Source: an uncultured Alkalilimnicola sp. (GTDB taxonomy: Bacteria > Pseudomonadota > Gammaproteobacteria > Nitrococcales > AK92). From it: 24,000 nt of DNA. The translations under genes were made by a program, and so were the position numbers. Each line of letters starts with the position of its first letter. Within the stretch, counting starts at the first letter, position 1. A model generated the notes under the pieces. That model searched no databases, was not told the DNA's origin, and saw only the letters and a program-made list of their open reading frames with translations. Shown one piece after another: positions 1-10,100 of this stretch. The stretch lies in NCBI GenBank assembly GCA_937951875.1, contig CALGAN010000002.1, forward strand, positions 106,754 to 130,753. Reading direction: 5' to 3'.

Positions 1-43
1 GGGAGGCCGATTCGCTCCGGGTAGTGGAGGTTATTGTTGTCAT
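1..43 (-). CDS. pilQ: Probable first ~14 codons of the type IV pilus secretin PilQ; the gene continues past the window edge
   Basis: ATG at 43-41 on the minus strand, with AGGAG (complement of 52-56) 8 nt upstream and the pilP stop 20 nt upstream. The position after pilMNOP fits the conserved pilMNOPQ order. The fragment is too short to verify from protein sequence. Confidence 0.35.
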   Translation of the reverse strand, partial: MTTITSTTRSESAS

Positions 44-63
44 CGCAGCGACTCCTACGGAAA

Positions 64-636
64 TCATTCCTTCACGGCCAGTGCGGCTTCCCGTTGAATC
101 CAGCCACCAGACCCATCGGGGATCAACTCGCTCACTTTGACCTGCTGTTCATCGATATAGGTCACCCGGCCGTGATTCTGGCCGAGATAATTGCCGATCT
201 GGACCCTATGGATCGTGCCCTGCGGGTCCTTTATCAAAGCCCACAGGTTCGTTTTCTGATGCAGCGTTCCCATCATCCGCAGGGAATCCAGCGGGAATTC
301 CTCGAGAAGCTCCCTCGGCCGCGTGGAATCAGGCCGCGGACCGCTGCTGGGCTGCACCGCCACCAATTCCGGCGCGGAGAACGGATCGCGTTCCAGATCG
401 TCGGGGTAGACGAAACTCTCGAACGCCTTCATCTCCGGGATCGGCTCGATGGCCGTGCTGCGCCGGGCCTTGACCTCGACGATGTACTTGTCCAGGTCGC
501 TGGTGTCGGGCGCGCAACCGGCCAGGAGCAGGGCGCCGGCGACCGCGGCGCAGCCGCCCAGGAAGCGGCGGCTTCGAAGGGCTGCTCTCGGCGTCGCTGC
601 GCCGTGGCTGAGCTTTGACTGGCGTATCGTCATCAC
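64..636 (-). CDS. pilP: Type IV pilus biogenesis lipoprotein PilP
   Basis: 190-aa ORF with a signal peptide ending in the lipobox LLAGC, followed by a PilP-like beta-rich C-terminal domain. It is fourth in a tightly packed pilM-N-O-P array. The start is GTG at 636 or ATG at 633, and either overlaps the pilO stop (sequence GTGATGA). Confidence 0.85.
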   Translation of the reverse strand: MMTIRQSKLSHGAATPRAALRSRRFLGGCAAVAGALLLAGCAPDTSDLDKYIVEVKARRSTAIEPIPEMKAFESFVYPDDLERDPFSAPELVAVQPSSGPRPDSTRPRELLEEFPLDSLRMMGTLHQKTNLWALIKDPQGTIHRVQIGNYLGQNHGRVTYIDEQQVKVSELIPDGSGGWIQREAALAVKE

Positions 637-1232
637 TTCCGCTCCGCGCCGCTGTCGTCCAGATACCAGTAGGTTTTCGCGGTAAGACTCATGCTCAGCC
701 TACCGGTCTTGGAATCTTTGTCGCCGATCGTAATGTCGTGCAACGTAACGATGCGAGGCAGGTTCGCGACCCCGCTGACGAAATTGGCGAGCTGGCGATA
801 CGAGCCATGGACTTTGATTTTCACCGGCAGCTCGGCATAGAACTCCCGCCGCGCTTCGTTTTCCAGCTTGAACAGCTCGAATTCGAGGCCGCTGGCCAGA
901 CCGGTTTGGGAAATGTCCACCAGCAGCTTGGCGACCTCGGCCTTGCTGGGCAGCTGCCGCAGCATGGCGCCGAACGAAGCCTGCATCTCTTCCAGCTGCT
1001 GCTCGTAAGCTTCGAGATTGGCCGCCCGCTTCTGCTTGGTCTCGAAAGTCGCGCGCAGCTCCCGCTCTTTCTTCTGATAGGAGGCCAAGGTCTGCGCCTG
1101 CGAGTCCCAGTCGAGATACCAACCGGCCGCGACCACGGCGGCGAGCAGCAGCACGGCGGCGACGATCTTGACCGGCAGCGGCCAGTTGGCGGTGTCGTTG
1201 AGGTCCAGATTTTGCAAATCGGATAATTTCAC
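633..1232 (-). CDS. pilO: Type IV pilus inner-membrane alignment protein PilO
   Basis: 199 aa with one N-terminal TM helix (PLPVKIVAAVLLLAAVVAAGWYL), a coiled-coil segment and a PilO-like C-terminal domain. GTG start at 1232 is preceded by TAAGGAGG, in which the pilN stop codon is embedded. Confidence 0.9.
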   Translation of the reverse strand: MKLSDLQNLDLNDTANWPLPVKIVAAVLLLAAVVAAGWYLDWDSQAQTLASYQKKERELRATFETKQKRAANLEAYEQQLEEMQASFGAMLRQLPSKAEVAKLLVDISQTGLASGLEFELFKLENEARREFYAELPVKIKVHGSYRQLANFVSGVANLPRIVTLHDITIGDKDSKTGRLSMSLTAKTYWYLDDSGAERK

Positions 1233-1243
1233 CGTCGGCCTCC

Positions 1244-1894
1244 TTACTTGCCACGCTTCTTGGCGGGCTTCTTCTTCGCGTCGGCCTTTTTATCGGCAGC
1301 TTTGGTCGTTTTGACGCTCGCCGCAGCGGTGCTAGGCATTTTCTGCTTTACCAGCAGCGTGTATTCGCTGATTCGGCTCGGAGACGAATTGGCGGTACGG
1401 CTCTTGACGTCCTTGACCTGGATTACGTCGAGCTTGGGCTCGGCGAGCCAGTCGGAGCGATCCAGATTCTCCATGAAGCTGGAAATACGGGCGTTCGACT
1501 CGGCGACGCCTTTCAGCGTGATGGTGTTGCCGCTTTGCTTGACGGAAGTCAGGTACACGCCGTCCGGCAACGTGGTCACCAGCTGGTGGAACAGGTGCAC
1601 CACCTGCGGCCGCCCTTGCTGCAATTGCTGGATCACTTCCATGCGCGCGATCAGGTTCGCCTTGACCGTTTCCAGATCCTTGATCTTGGCGATGCGCTGA
1701 TCCAGCAGCTTGATTTCGTTCTCCAGGATTCGATTGCGATGCTGCTGATTGGCGATCAGCGCTTCGTAATGCCAATGTCCAACCGCCCAGACGCCGGCGC
1801 CCAGCAGGGCGGCGACGACCAGCATCACGATGAACTGCTTCTGACGCTCTTTGCGGCGCTCCTCGCGCCAGGGTAGGAGGTTGATCCGCGTCAT
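1244..1894 (-). CDS. pilN: Type IV pilus inner-membrane protein PilN, carrying an unusual Lys/Ala-rich C-terminal tail
   Basis: N-terminus MTRINLLPWREERRKERQKQF is the conserved PilN signature that binds PilM. It is followed by a single TM helix. The ATG lies 1 nt after the pilM stop. Confidence 0.92.
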   Translation of the reverse strand: MTRINLLPWREERRKERQKQFIVMLVVAALLGAGVWAVGHWHYEALIANQQHRNRILENEIKLLDQRIAKIKDLETVKANLIARMEVIQQLQQGRPQVVHLFHQLVTTLPDGVYLTSVKQSGNTITLKGVAESNARISSFMENLDRSDWLAEPKLDVIQVKDVKSRTANSSPSRISEYTLLVKQKMPSTAAASVKTTKAADKKADAKKKPAKKRGK

Positions 1895-1895
1895 G

Positions 1896-2957
1896 TCAGT
1901 CGAAGCTCCTCAACGCCAGCCCGCAGGCGATCATCAGTGCCGGCGCATCCTCGGCCAGGCGCTGCGGCCTGATGCCGGAGGCGACGGCCATGCTGGCGAA
2001 CGGGTTGGCGATCGATGTCCGCGTGCCGGTGACTTGCTCGATCAGCTCGGGAATGCCCGGGATGACCGCGCAGCCGCCGGCCAGCAGCAGGTGATCGACG
2101 CTGTTGTGCTGGCTGGCGCCGAAGAAAAACTGCAGCGAGCGGGTGATTTGCTGCGCCATGGTTTCCTTGAACGGCTCGAGGACCTCTTCCTCGTAGCTGT
2201 CGGGCAGTCCGCCCTGGCGCTTGGCGCGGCCGGCTTCGTCGTAGGACAGCCCGTAACGGCGCATGATTTCTTCGGTCAGCTGCTTGCCGCCGAACACCTG
2301 CTCGCGGGTGTAGAGGATTTCCTCGTTGCGGATCACGGTCAGGGTGGTCATGGTGGCGCCGACGTCGACCACCGCCACGGTCATGTCCTGGCCGCCGCCC
2401 GGCAGCTGTTTGGCGATCAGGCCGAAAGCGTTCTCCATCGCGTAGCTTTCGACGTCGACCACCTTGGGAACGAGGCCGGCGGCTTCGACGGCGTCGACCC
2501 GGGCCTCCACGTGCTCGCGGCGCGAGGCTACCAGCAGCACGTCCACTTCGTTGGGATCGTGCGCCGAGGGGCCCAATACCTGGAAATCGAGGTTGACCTC
2601 CTCTAGCGGGTACGGCACGTACTGGTCGGCCTGCAGCTCGATTTGCGCGTGCATTTCATCGTCGCTGAGGTTGGCCGGCATGGCGATCGTTTTACTGATC
2701 GCCATGGAAGCGGGAACCGCTACCGCCGCGAATTTGGTCTTGGTGCGAGAGCGCTTGACCGCGGTCCGCAACGTTTCCGCCACCGCTTCGACATTGGCGA
2801 TGTTCTTTTCTACGACGGCACCCGAGGGCAGCGGTTCGACCGCATAACTTTCCACGCGATAGCGGGAGTCCTGTCGCCGTAGCTCGAGGACCTTGACGGC
2901 GGTGGAACTGATGTCGATGCCCAGGAGGGGAGGACGTGAATTCCTGAACAGGCCCAC
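1896..2957 (-). CDS. pilM: Type IV pilus assembly ATPase-fold (actin-like) protein PilM
   Basis: 353 aa. The N-terminus LLGIDISSTAVKVLEL is typical of PilM/FtsA-like actin-fold proteins. GTG start at 2957 with AAGGA 8 nt upstream. It is the first gene of the pil operon and is divergent from ponA, as in Pseudomonas. Confidence 0.95.
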   Translation of the reverse strand: MGLFRNSRPPLLGIDISSTAVKVLELRRQDSRYRVESYAVEPLPSGAVVEKNIANVEAVAETLRTAVKRSRTKTKFAAVAVPASMAISKTIAMPANLSDDEMHAQIELQADQYVPYPLEEVNLDFQVLGPSAHDPNEVDVLLVASRREHVEARVDAVEAAGLVPKVVDVESYAMENAFGLIAKQLPGGGQDMTVAVVDVGATMTTLTVIRNEEILYTREQVFGGKQLTEEIMRRYGLSYDEAGRAKRQGGLPDSYEEEVLEPFKETMAQQITRSLQFFFGASQHNSVDHLLLAGGCAVIPGIPELIEQVTGTRTSIANPFASMAVASGIRPQRLAEDAPALMIACGLALRSFD

Positions 2958-3129
2958 TTATTTTTTCCTTATAGGTTGTCGGCTTACACCAGACACGTCT
3001 AAGGCAGCATTCAATACCATGCTCAACTACAGGTCAAGACGACAAAAACGCGTCGACGACGTCTCGCGAGCGATGGCCACAGCCCTGGTATACTGCTCGA
3101 CCGTCCCGTAGGACCACGGTTATTCATCC

Positions 3130-5514
3130 ATGAAAATAGCTCTGCGCGTTTTGTCATTGCTGTCGGCGGCCCTGCTCTTCTGCGCCCTTTTAGGTGCGGC
3201 CGGGCTCGGCATCGGATATCTGATTCTCGCTCCGAAGCTGCCGTCGGCGGAAGTGCTGCGCGACGTACGGCTGCAAGTCCCGCTCCGGGTCTATACCCGC
3301 GACGGTGCGCTAATGGCAGAGTTCGGCGAGAAGAAGAGATCCCCCCTGCGGTACGAGCAGTTTCCCCAGCGACTGGTGCAAGCGTTTGTAGCCGCCGAAG
3401 ACGACCGCTTTTTTGAGCACCCTGGCGTAGATTATCAGGGTCTGATCCGAGCAATCTGGAACCTAGTTCGCACTGGCGAGCGCGCCCAGGGCGGCAGCAC
3501 CATCACCATGCAGGTGGCGCGCAACTTCTTCCTGAGCAGCGAGAAGACCTACCTGCGCAAGGCCAACGAGATCATCCTGGCCCTCAAGATCGAGCGCGAG
3601 CTCAGCAAGGAGCAGATCCTCGAGCTCTACCTCAACAAGATCTACCTGGGGAACCGCGCCTACGGCGTGGCCGCCGCCGCCCAGGTCTACTACGGTCGTC
3701 CGCTCGAGGAGCTCACGCTCGCCGAGCTGGCGATGATCGCCGGTCTCCCCAAGGCGCCGTCGGCCTACAACCCGCTGGTCAACCCGGAGCGCGCGCTGCA
3801 ACGCCGCGCCTACGTGCTGCGGCGCATGCACGAGCTCGGTTTCATCAGTCGGGAGGAAATGGCGCAGGCCGCGGCCGCGCCCAACACGGCGCGCTACTAC
3901 GCTGCGCCGGTGGAGGTGGACGCGCCCTATGTCGCCGAGATGGTGCGGGCGGAGATGGTGGCGCGGTTCGGCGCCGACGAGGCCTATACCGCCGGCTACC
4001 GGGTGTTCACCACCGTCGACGCGCGTCTGCAGCGTGCCGCGGCCGACGCGCTGCGCGGCGGTTTGCTGGCGTATGACGAGCGGCATGGCTACCGCGGGCC
4101 GGCTGGCCGGGTCGATCTGCAGCGCATCGCCACCGAGCCGGAGCGGCGCGCCGCGCTGGCCGAGTATGCCTCGGTCGCCGGTCTGCGGCCGGCGCTGGTC
4201 GAAGCGGTCGATGCCGAGCGGGCGCGGCTGCTGGTGGCGGGCGAGGAGCAACCGCAGACGGTCGGTCTGAGCGCGGTCGAGTGGGCGGGCCGCTTCGTCA
4301 GCCGCGACGTGCGCGGCGAGCTGCCGACGCGGGTCGATCAGGTGTTGTCCGCCGGTGATGTGGTGTATCTGCAGCGGACCGAGCGCGGCTGGCGACTGGC
4401 GGAGATCCCGGAGGTGGAGGGGGCGCTGGTGGCCCTGCGTCCCGGCGACGGTGCGTTGCTGGCGCTGGTCGGCGGCTTCGATTTCTACCGGAGCAAGTTC
4501 AATCGCGCCACCCAGGCTCAGCGTCAGCCCGGCTCGGCGTTCAAGCCCTTCATCTATTCCGCGGCGTTGACCAAAGGCTTTACCCCGGCAACGGTGGTCA
4601 ACGACGCGCCGGTGGTGTTCCAGGACGCGGCCTTGGAGGAAGTGTGGCGGCCGGAGAACGCCAGCGGCCGCTTCTACGGCCCGACCCGGCTGCGCGAAGC
4701 GCTCGCCTACTCGCGCAACCTGGTGTCGATACGGGTGCTGCAGAGCATAGGCGTGTCCTATGCGCTGGCTCACGCTAAGCGTTTCGGTTTCGCGCCCGAG
4801 CGGCTCGCGCCCAACCTGTCGCTGTCGTTGGGCAACGCCAGCGTCACGCCGCTGGAGCTGGCGACCGCCTATGCCGTGTTCGCCAACGGCGGCTTCCGCG
4901 TGGAGCCATATTTCATCGACCGGATCGAGGACGCCGACGGCAAGGTGGTGTTCCAGGCGCAGCCAGCGGTGGCGTGCCCGGAGTGCGCCCTGGATGGGCC
5001 GATCCAGGTGGCGGCGTCGCCGGAGCGAGTGGCCGAGCGGGTGATCACGGCGCAGAACGCTTATTTGATGGAGTCGATGATGCGCGACGTCACCCGTTAC
5101 GGCACCGCCCGGCGCGCGGCCGCGCTCAAGCGCTCCGATCTGGCCGGCAAGACCGGCAGCACCAACGATCACTACGACGCGTGGTTCGCCGGCTTCAACA
5201 GCGGGCTGGTGGCGGCGGTTTGGGTCGGGTTCGATCAATTGAAGTCGCTGGGTGTCCGGGAGGGCGGCGCTCAGGCGGCGCTACCGATCTGGCTGGACTT
5301 CGCCAAGGCGGCGCTGGAGGGGGTGCCGGAGCGCGAGCGCCCCATCCCGGAGCGGCTGGTGACGCTGTACATCGATCCCGAGACCGGCTTGCGCGCGCGT
5401 CCGGAAAACGAGGCGGCCATTCCGGAGCTGTTCGAGGTCGGCACCGAGCCGCCGTTCGAGCCGTCCGGCCGGGTCGATACCTTGCTGCAAGGGCCGGGCG
5501 GCTCGCTGTTCTGA
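3130..5514 (+). CDS. mrcA: Penicillin-binding protein 1A (bifunctional glycosyltransferase/transpeptidase)
   Basis: 794 aa with an N-terminal TM anchor. GT51 motifs: EDDRFFEHPG, GGSTITMQ, RKANE, KEQILELYLNKIYLG, RRAYVLRRM. Transpeptidase motifs: SAFKP (SxxK), SRN (SxN), KTGST (KTG). Confidence 0.96.
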   Translation: MKIALRVLSLLSAALLFCALLGAAGLGIGYLILAPKLPSAEVLRDVRLQVPLRVYTRDGALMAEFGEKKRSPLRYEQFPQRLVQAFVAAEDDRFFEHPGVDYQGLIRAIWNLVRTGERAQGGSTITMQVARNFFLSSEKTYLRKANEIILALKIERELSKEQILELYLNKIYLGNRAYGVAAAAQVYYGRPLEELTLAELAMIAGLPKAPSAYNPLVNPERALQRRAYVLRRMHELGFISREEMAQAAAAPNTARYYAAPVEVDAPYVAEMVRAEMVARFGADEAYTAGYRVFTTVDARLQRAAADALRGGLLAYDERHGYRGPAGRVDLQRIATEPERRAALAEYASVAGLRPALVEAVDAERARLLVAGEEQPQTVGLSAVEWAGRFVSRDVRGELPTRVDQVLSAGDVVYLQRTERGWRLAEIPEVEGALVALRPGDGALLALVGGFDFYRSKFNRATQAQRQPGSAFKPFIYSAALTKGFTPATVVNDAPVVFQDAALEEVWRPENASGRFYGPTRLREALAYSRNLVSIRVLQSIGVSYALAHAKRFGFAPERLAPNLSLSLGNASVTPLELATAYAVFANGGFRVEPYFIDRIEDADGKVVFQAQPAVACPECALDGPIQVAASPERVAERVITAQNAYLMESMMRDVTRYGTARRAAALKRSDLAGKTGSTNDHYDAWFAGFNSGLVAAVWVGFDQLKSLGVREGGAQAALPIWLDFAKAALEGVPERERPIPERLVTLYIDPETGLRARPENEAAIPELFEVGTEPPFEPSGRVDTLLQGPGGSLF

Positions 5515-5557
5515 TCGTGTTGTATCGTTGCACGCCCAGTCGTTCGAGGAGGCCGTG

Positions 5558-6181
5558 ATGAGCAAGCGCCCGAGTACCACCAAAGACGCCCGCATGCGTC
5601 AATTGGTGACGCAGGAAGCGGCCAAGATCATGGCCGAGGAAGGGGTGCACGATTATCTGGTGGCCAAGCGCAAGGCAGCGGAGCGCCTGGGCGCGCCGGA
5701 AACTCGCAATCTGCCGACCAACCGCGAGATCCAGGAGGCGTTGATCGACTATCAACGCCTGTTCCAGGGCGAGGCGCAGCCAGCGTTGGTGCGCCGCCTG
5801 CGGCAGGTGGCGCTGGAGGCGATGGATTTCTTCGCGCGCTTCCAGCCGCGGCTGGTGGGGTCGGTGCTGCACGGCACCGCCACCGAGCATTCCGACGTGA
5901 ATCTGCACCTGTTCGCCGACGCGCCGGAGGAGGTGGCCCTGTTCCTGATGGACCATCACATTCCGTATCAGGTCATCGAGCGGCGGTACCGGTTCGGCGG
6001 CGACAGCTATGAGACGTCGCCGGTGTACCGCTTCGTGGCCGGGGACACCACCGTCGACGCCGCGGTGTTCTCGTCCAAGGGGTTGCGCGAGGCGCCCCGC
6101 AGCCGCATCGATGGTCAGCCCATGGACCGCGCCTCGATCGGCGTGGTGCGCGAACTCCTCGAGGGCGCGCCGGCGCGCTAA
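5558..6181 (+). CDS. Conserved hypothetical protein: helical N-terminal region plus a nucleotidyltransferase-fold-like core with a degenerate motif
   Basis: ATG at 5558 has a strong SD (GAGGAGG, 5546-5552). Third-position GC bias matches the neighbouring genes. VGSVLHGTATEHSDVNLHLF resembles the Pol-beta NTase signature hG[GS]-x9-13-Dh[DE]h, but Asn replaces the second carboxylate. The gene ends at a clear terminator. Confidence 0.7.
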   Translation: MSKRPSTTKDARMRQLVTQEAAKIMAEEGVHDYLVAKRKAAERLGAPETRNLPTNREIQEALIDYQRLFQGEAQPALVRRLRQVALEAMDFFARFQPRLVGSVLHGTATEHSDVNLHLFADAPEEVALFLMDHHIPYQVIERRYRFGGDSYETSPVYRFVAGDTTVDAAVFSSKGLREAPRSRIDGQPMDRASIGVVRELLEGAPAR

Positions 6182-6215
6182 TCGGTCGCGCGGCTCGTCG
6201 GAGCCCGGAAAAGCG

Positions 6216-6241
6216 AAAAGCCCGGCGGGAGCCGGGCTTTT
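6216..6241. terminator. Bidirectional rho-independent terminator shared by the hypothetical gene (+) and gltA (-)
   Basis: Perfect 11-bp stem AAAAGCCCGGC / GCCGGGCTTTT with a GGGA loop. A-run and T-run flanks give a U-tract in both orientations. It lies between two convergent stop codons (6181 and 6271). Confidence 0.8.
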
Positions 6242-6270
6242 CGTTTTCGAGCCGGATGGAACCGCTATCG

Positions 6271-7566
<1,296 letters not shown>

Positions 7567-7843
7567 GGAACGCTCTCCTGAAACTGGACTTGGCCGCACC
7601 GCTCTCGTCAGGCCTCGGCGCGTCAACGCCTGATGGCCTCTAGGCGAGAGAAGCGCGCTGGGCTCGGGCATTAGTCGTCGGCGTTGACGGATCGCTGCCG
7701 GGCCTACACCAGAACCGGGCGGATGTTTGGGCGCCAAGATGCGCTTGTTTTGGCCTCCACGAGGCCGCGCAGGATAGTATCAACAAACCCCATGGCCGCA
7801 AAGCGAAACGAGGCCAAGTTTTTGTTGTCGAGCGTGAACAAAG

Positions 7844-7871
7844 GAAAAGCGCCCTGAGAAGGGCGCTTTTC
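7844..7871 (-). terminator. Rho-independent terminator downstream of the L31 gene
   Basis: GAAAAGCGCCC - 6-nt loop - GGGCGCTTTTC, an 11-bp perfect stem. On the minus strand it is followed by a T-rich tract (TTTTCCTTTGTT). It begins about 25 nt after the rpmE2 stop. Confidence 0.75.
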
Positions 7872-7895
7872 GTCTCGGTGCAGCGAGCGCGTTTT

Positions 7896-8159
7896 TTACT
7901 TCGCGCCCCGGCCCATGGAGCCGAACTTCTTGCGGAACTGGTCGACCCGGCCGCCGGTAGACGTGGTGCGCTGCTGCTTGCCGGTGTAGAACGGGTGGCT
8001 CTTGCTGGAGACCTCGATCTTGTAGACCGGGTACTCGTTGCCATCCGTCCACTTGATGGTTTCCTTGGTCCTGACGGTGGAGCGGGTCAGGAAGGCGAAA
8101 TCCGACGCCAGGTCCTGGAAGACCACGGGACGATAGTCGGGATGAATGTCTTTCTTCAT
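7896..8159 (-). CDS. rpmE2: 50S ribosomal protein L31, type B (cysteine-free, zinc-independent form)
   Basis: 87 aa beginning [14 protein letters not shown] and containing [13 protein letters not shown] and [12 protein letters not shown]. It has no Cys residues, so it lacks the CxxC zinc ribbon of type A. AAGGTAGG SD upstream of the ATG at 8159. Confidence 0.92.
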   Translation of the reverse strand: MKKDIHPDYRPVVFQDLASDFAFLTRSTVRTKETIKWTDGNEYPVYKIEVSSKSHPFYTGKQQRTTSTGGRVDQFRKKFGSMGRGAK

Positions 8160-8241
8160 GGACCTACCTTGCAGGCGACGACGAGGCTAGCAAGCCGAAA
8201 GGGCGCCATCATATGCGCAGTCGCCGACGCAAGCAAGCCTC

Positions 8242-8592
8242 TCAGCGACGTGCGCTAAATTCGAGAACCCGCGCGGACTTGGCCGGTTTGCTCGATGGCC
8301 GCGCGCTGCCGGTCAAACGCGCCATCGCCTCGAGCAGGCCGCGTTCGCCGAGCAGGGAGTCCCACATCATATTGGAGATGCGCACGCACGCGGCCAGCGG
8401 ATTGGGGGCGGTGTGGCGCACCGCGTCGATTCGCCACTGCAGCTGGCGCAGGCGGTGGCGGCGCGCGCTCGGTGCCTGGTCGATGAAGCGTTCGATCAGC
8501 CGTGCCCGGCGCGCTTCGAACGCCTGCGGATCCCGCTGGGCCAGCGCGGCCCATTCCGCGAAGTCGATATCGAGCTCGTCGTCCTGCCGCAT
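8242..8592 (-). CDS. Small DUF3135-like protein of unknown function
   Basis: 116 aa. ATG at 8592 with GGGAGGA SD. The FAEWAALAQRDPQAFEARRARLIERFI...LRQLQWRIDAVR...NPLAACVRISNMMWDS pattern matches my recollection of the DUF3135 family. Co-directional with and immediately upstream of rpmE2. Confidence 0.7.
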   Translation of the reverse strand: MRQDDELDIDFAEWAALAQRDPQAFEARRARLIERFIDQAPSARRHRLRQLQWRIDAVRHTAPNPLAACVRISNMMWDSLLGERGLLEAMARLTGSARPSSKPAKSARVLEFSARR

Positions 8593-8674
8593 CGATCCTC
8601 CCGCCGGCGTCGCGGAGCCGGTGATTTCGCTGCCGCGGTGGAACCGCGGGCTGCGGACATAGTCAGTAGAGCGA

Positions 8675-8703
8675 TTAACGCGGCGGCGGAAAATCCGTAT
8701 AGT
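8675..8703 (+). promoter_or_regulatory. Candidate sigma70 promoter for rimO
   Basis: TTAACG (8675-8680), a 17-nt spacer, then TATAGT (8698-8703). It lies about 60 nt upstream of the rimO GTG. Sequence-only prediction. Confidence 0.4.
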
Positions 8704-8765
8704 GCCGCCTTCCTATCAGATATGGCGCCGGCTGCGTCGTCGCAAGCCGCGGGAGTGGTCGATCG

Positions 8766-10091
8766 GTGGCCTCGGAAAAAGCAGCGAAGATCGGTTTCGT
8801 CAGCCTCGGGTGCCCGAAGGCACTGGTGGATTCCGAACGCATCCTCACCCAGTTGCGGGCCGAGGGCTATCAGCTGGTGCCCACCTATCAGGACGCGGAC
8901 CTGGTGGTGGTCAACACCTGCGGCTTCATCGACTCGGCCGTGGACGAGAGCCTGGAGGCCATCGGTGAAGCCTTGGCCGAGAATGGGCGCGTGATCGTCA
9001 CCGGCTGCCTGGGCGCCAAGGAAGAAGTGATTCGCGAGCGCTTCCCCCAGGTGCTCAAGGTCACCGGACCGCACGCTTACGAGGAAGTGGTCGGTGCCGT
9101 GCACGCCCACCTGCCGCCGCGGCATGACCCCTTCACCAGCCTGCTGCCGCCTCAGGGCGTCAAGCTCACCCCGCGCCACTACGCCTACATCAAGATTTCC
9201 GAGGGCTGCAACCATCGCTGCACCTTCTGCATCATTCCCTCGCTGCGCGGCGACTTGGTCAGCCGTCCGGTGGGCGAGGTGCTCGAAGAGGCCGAGCGCT
9301 TGGTGAACGCCGGCGTCAAGGAGCTGCTGGTGATCTCGCAGGACACCAGCGCCTACGGCGTGGATCTAAAGTACCGCACCGGTTTCTGGCGCGGAAGGCC
9401 GCTGCGCACCCGCATGACCGAGCTGTGCCGCGCGCTCGGCGAGCTCGGCGCCTGGGTGCGCTTGCACTACGTCTATCCGTATCCGCACGTGGACGAAGTC
9501 ATTCCGCTGATGGCGGAAGGCAAGCTCCTGCCTTATCTGGACGTGCCGCTCCAGCACGCCAGCCCGCGGGTGCTGAAGGCCATGCGCCGGCCCGCCTCCA
9601 CCGAGGCGACGCTGGCGCGCATCCAGGCCTGGCGGGAGATCTGCCCCGAGCTGGTGATCCGCTCGACTTTCATCGTCGGCTTCCCGGGCGAGACCGAAGC
9701 CGAGTTCGAGGAGTTGCTGGCCTTCCTCGAGGAGGCGCGCCTGGATCGGGTCGGCGCTTTCAAGTACTCGCCGGTGGAAGGCGCGGTCGCCAACACCCTG
9801 GCCGAGCAGGTGCCGGAGGAGGTCAAGGAGGAGCGGCTGGAGCGCTTCATGACGCTGCAGGCGCGGATCAGCGCCGAGAAGCTGGCGGCCAAGATCGGCA
9901 CGGTGCAGCAGGTGCTGATCGACGAGGTCGGCGAGGAAGGCATCATCGCCCGCACCAAGGGCGATGCGCCGGAGATTGACGGTCTGGTGTATCTGCCGCC
10001 CGCCCCCGGCGTGACCGCCGGTATGCTGCGCGAGGCGCGGATCGTCGACGCCGACGAGCACGACCTGTGGGGCGAGTTCGTCGAGCGCTAG
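8766..10091 (+). CDS. rimO: Ribosomal protein S12 (Asp88) methylthiotransferase RimO
   Basis: 441 aa. N-terminus [28 protein letters not shown] is RimO-like. UPF0004 cysteines are present (LGCPK, NTCGF, TGCL), with the radical-SAM motif CNHRCTFC and a C-terminal TRAM-like domain. Confidence 0.95.
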   Translation: MASEKAAKIGFVSLGCPKALVDSERILTQLRAEGYQLVPTYQDADLVVVNTCGFIDSAVDESLEAIGEALAENGRVIVTGCLGAKEEVIRERFPQVLKVTGPHAYEEVVGAVHAHLPPRHDPFTSLLPPQGVKLTPRHYAYIKISEGCNHRCTFCIIPSLRGDLVSRPVGEVLEEAERLVNAGVKELLVISQDTSAYGVDLKYRTGFWRGRPLRTRMTELCRALGELGAWVRLHYVYPYPHVDEVIPLMAEGKLLPYLDVPLQHASPRVLKAMRRPASTEATLARIQAWREICPELVIRSTFIVGFPGETEAEFEELLAFLEEARLDRVGAFKYSPVEGAVANTLAEQVPEEVKEERLERFMTLQARISAEKLAAKIGTVQQVLIDEVGEEGIIARTKGDAPEIDGLVYLPPAPGVTAGMLREARIVDADEHDLWGEFVER

Positions 10092-10100
10092 CGACCTCGC

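Noticed and set aside
3463-5238. 591-aa ORF antisense to PBP1A
   Set aside because: Arg/Gly/Ala/Pro/His-rich low-complexity translation with no recognisable motif. It lies entirely inside a gene with unambiguous catalytic motifs on the other strand. This is a typical high-GC shadow ORF.
8160-8241. Looked for a Zur box upstream of the type-B L31 gene
   Set aside because: I found no AT-rich palindrome resembling a Zur/Fur-family operator. The region is GC-rich. This absence is reported as part of a finding rather than as a site.
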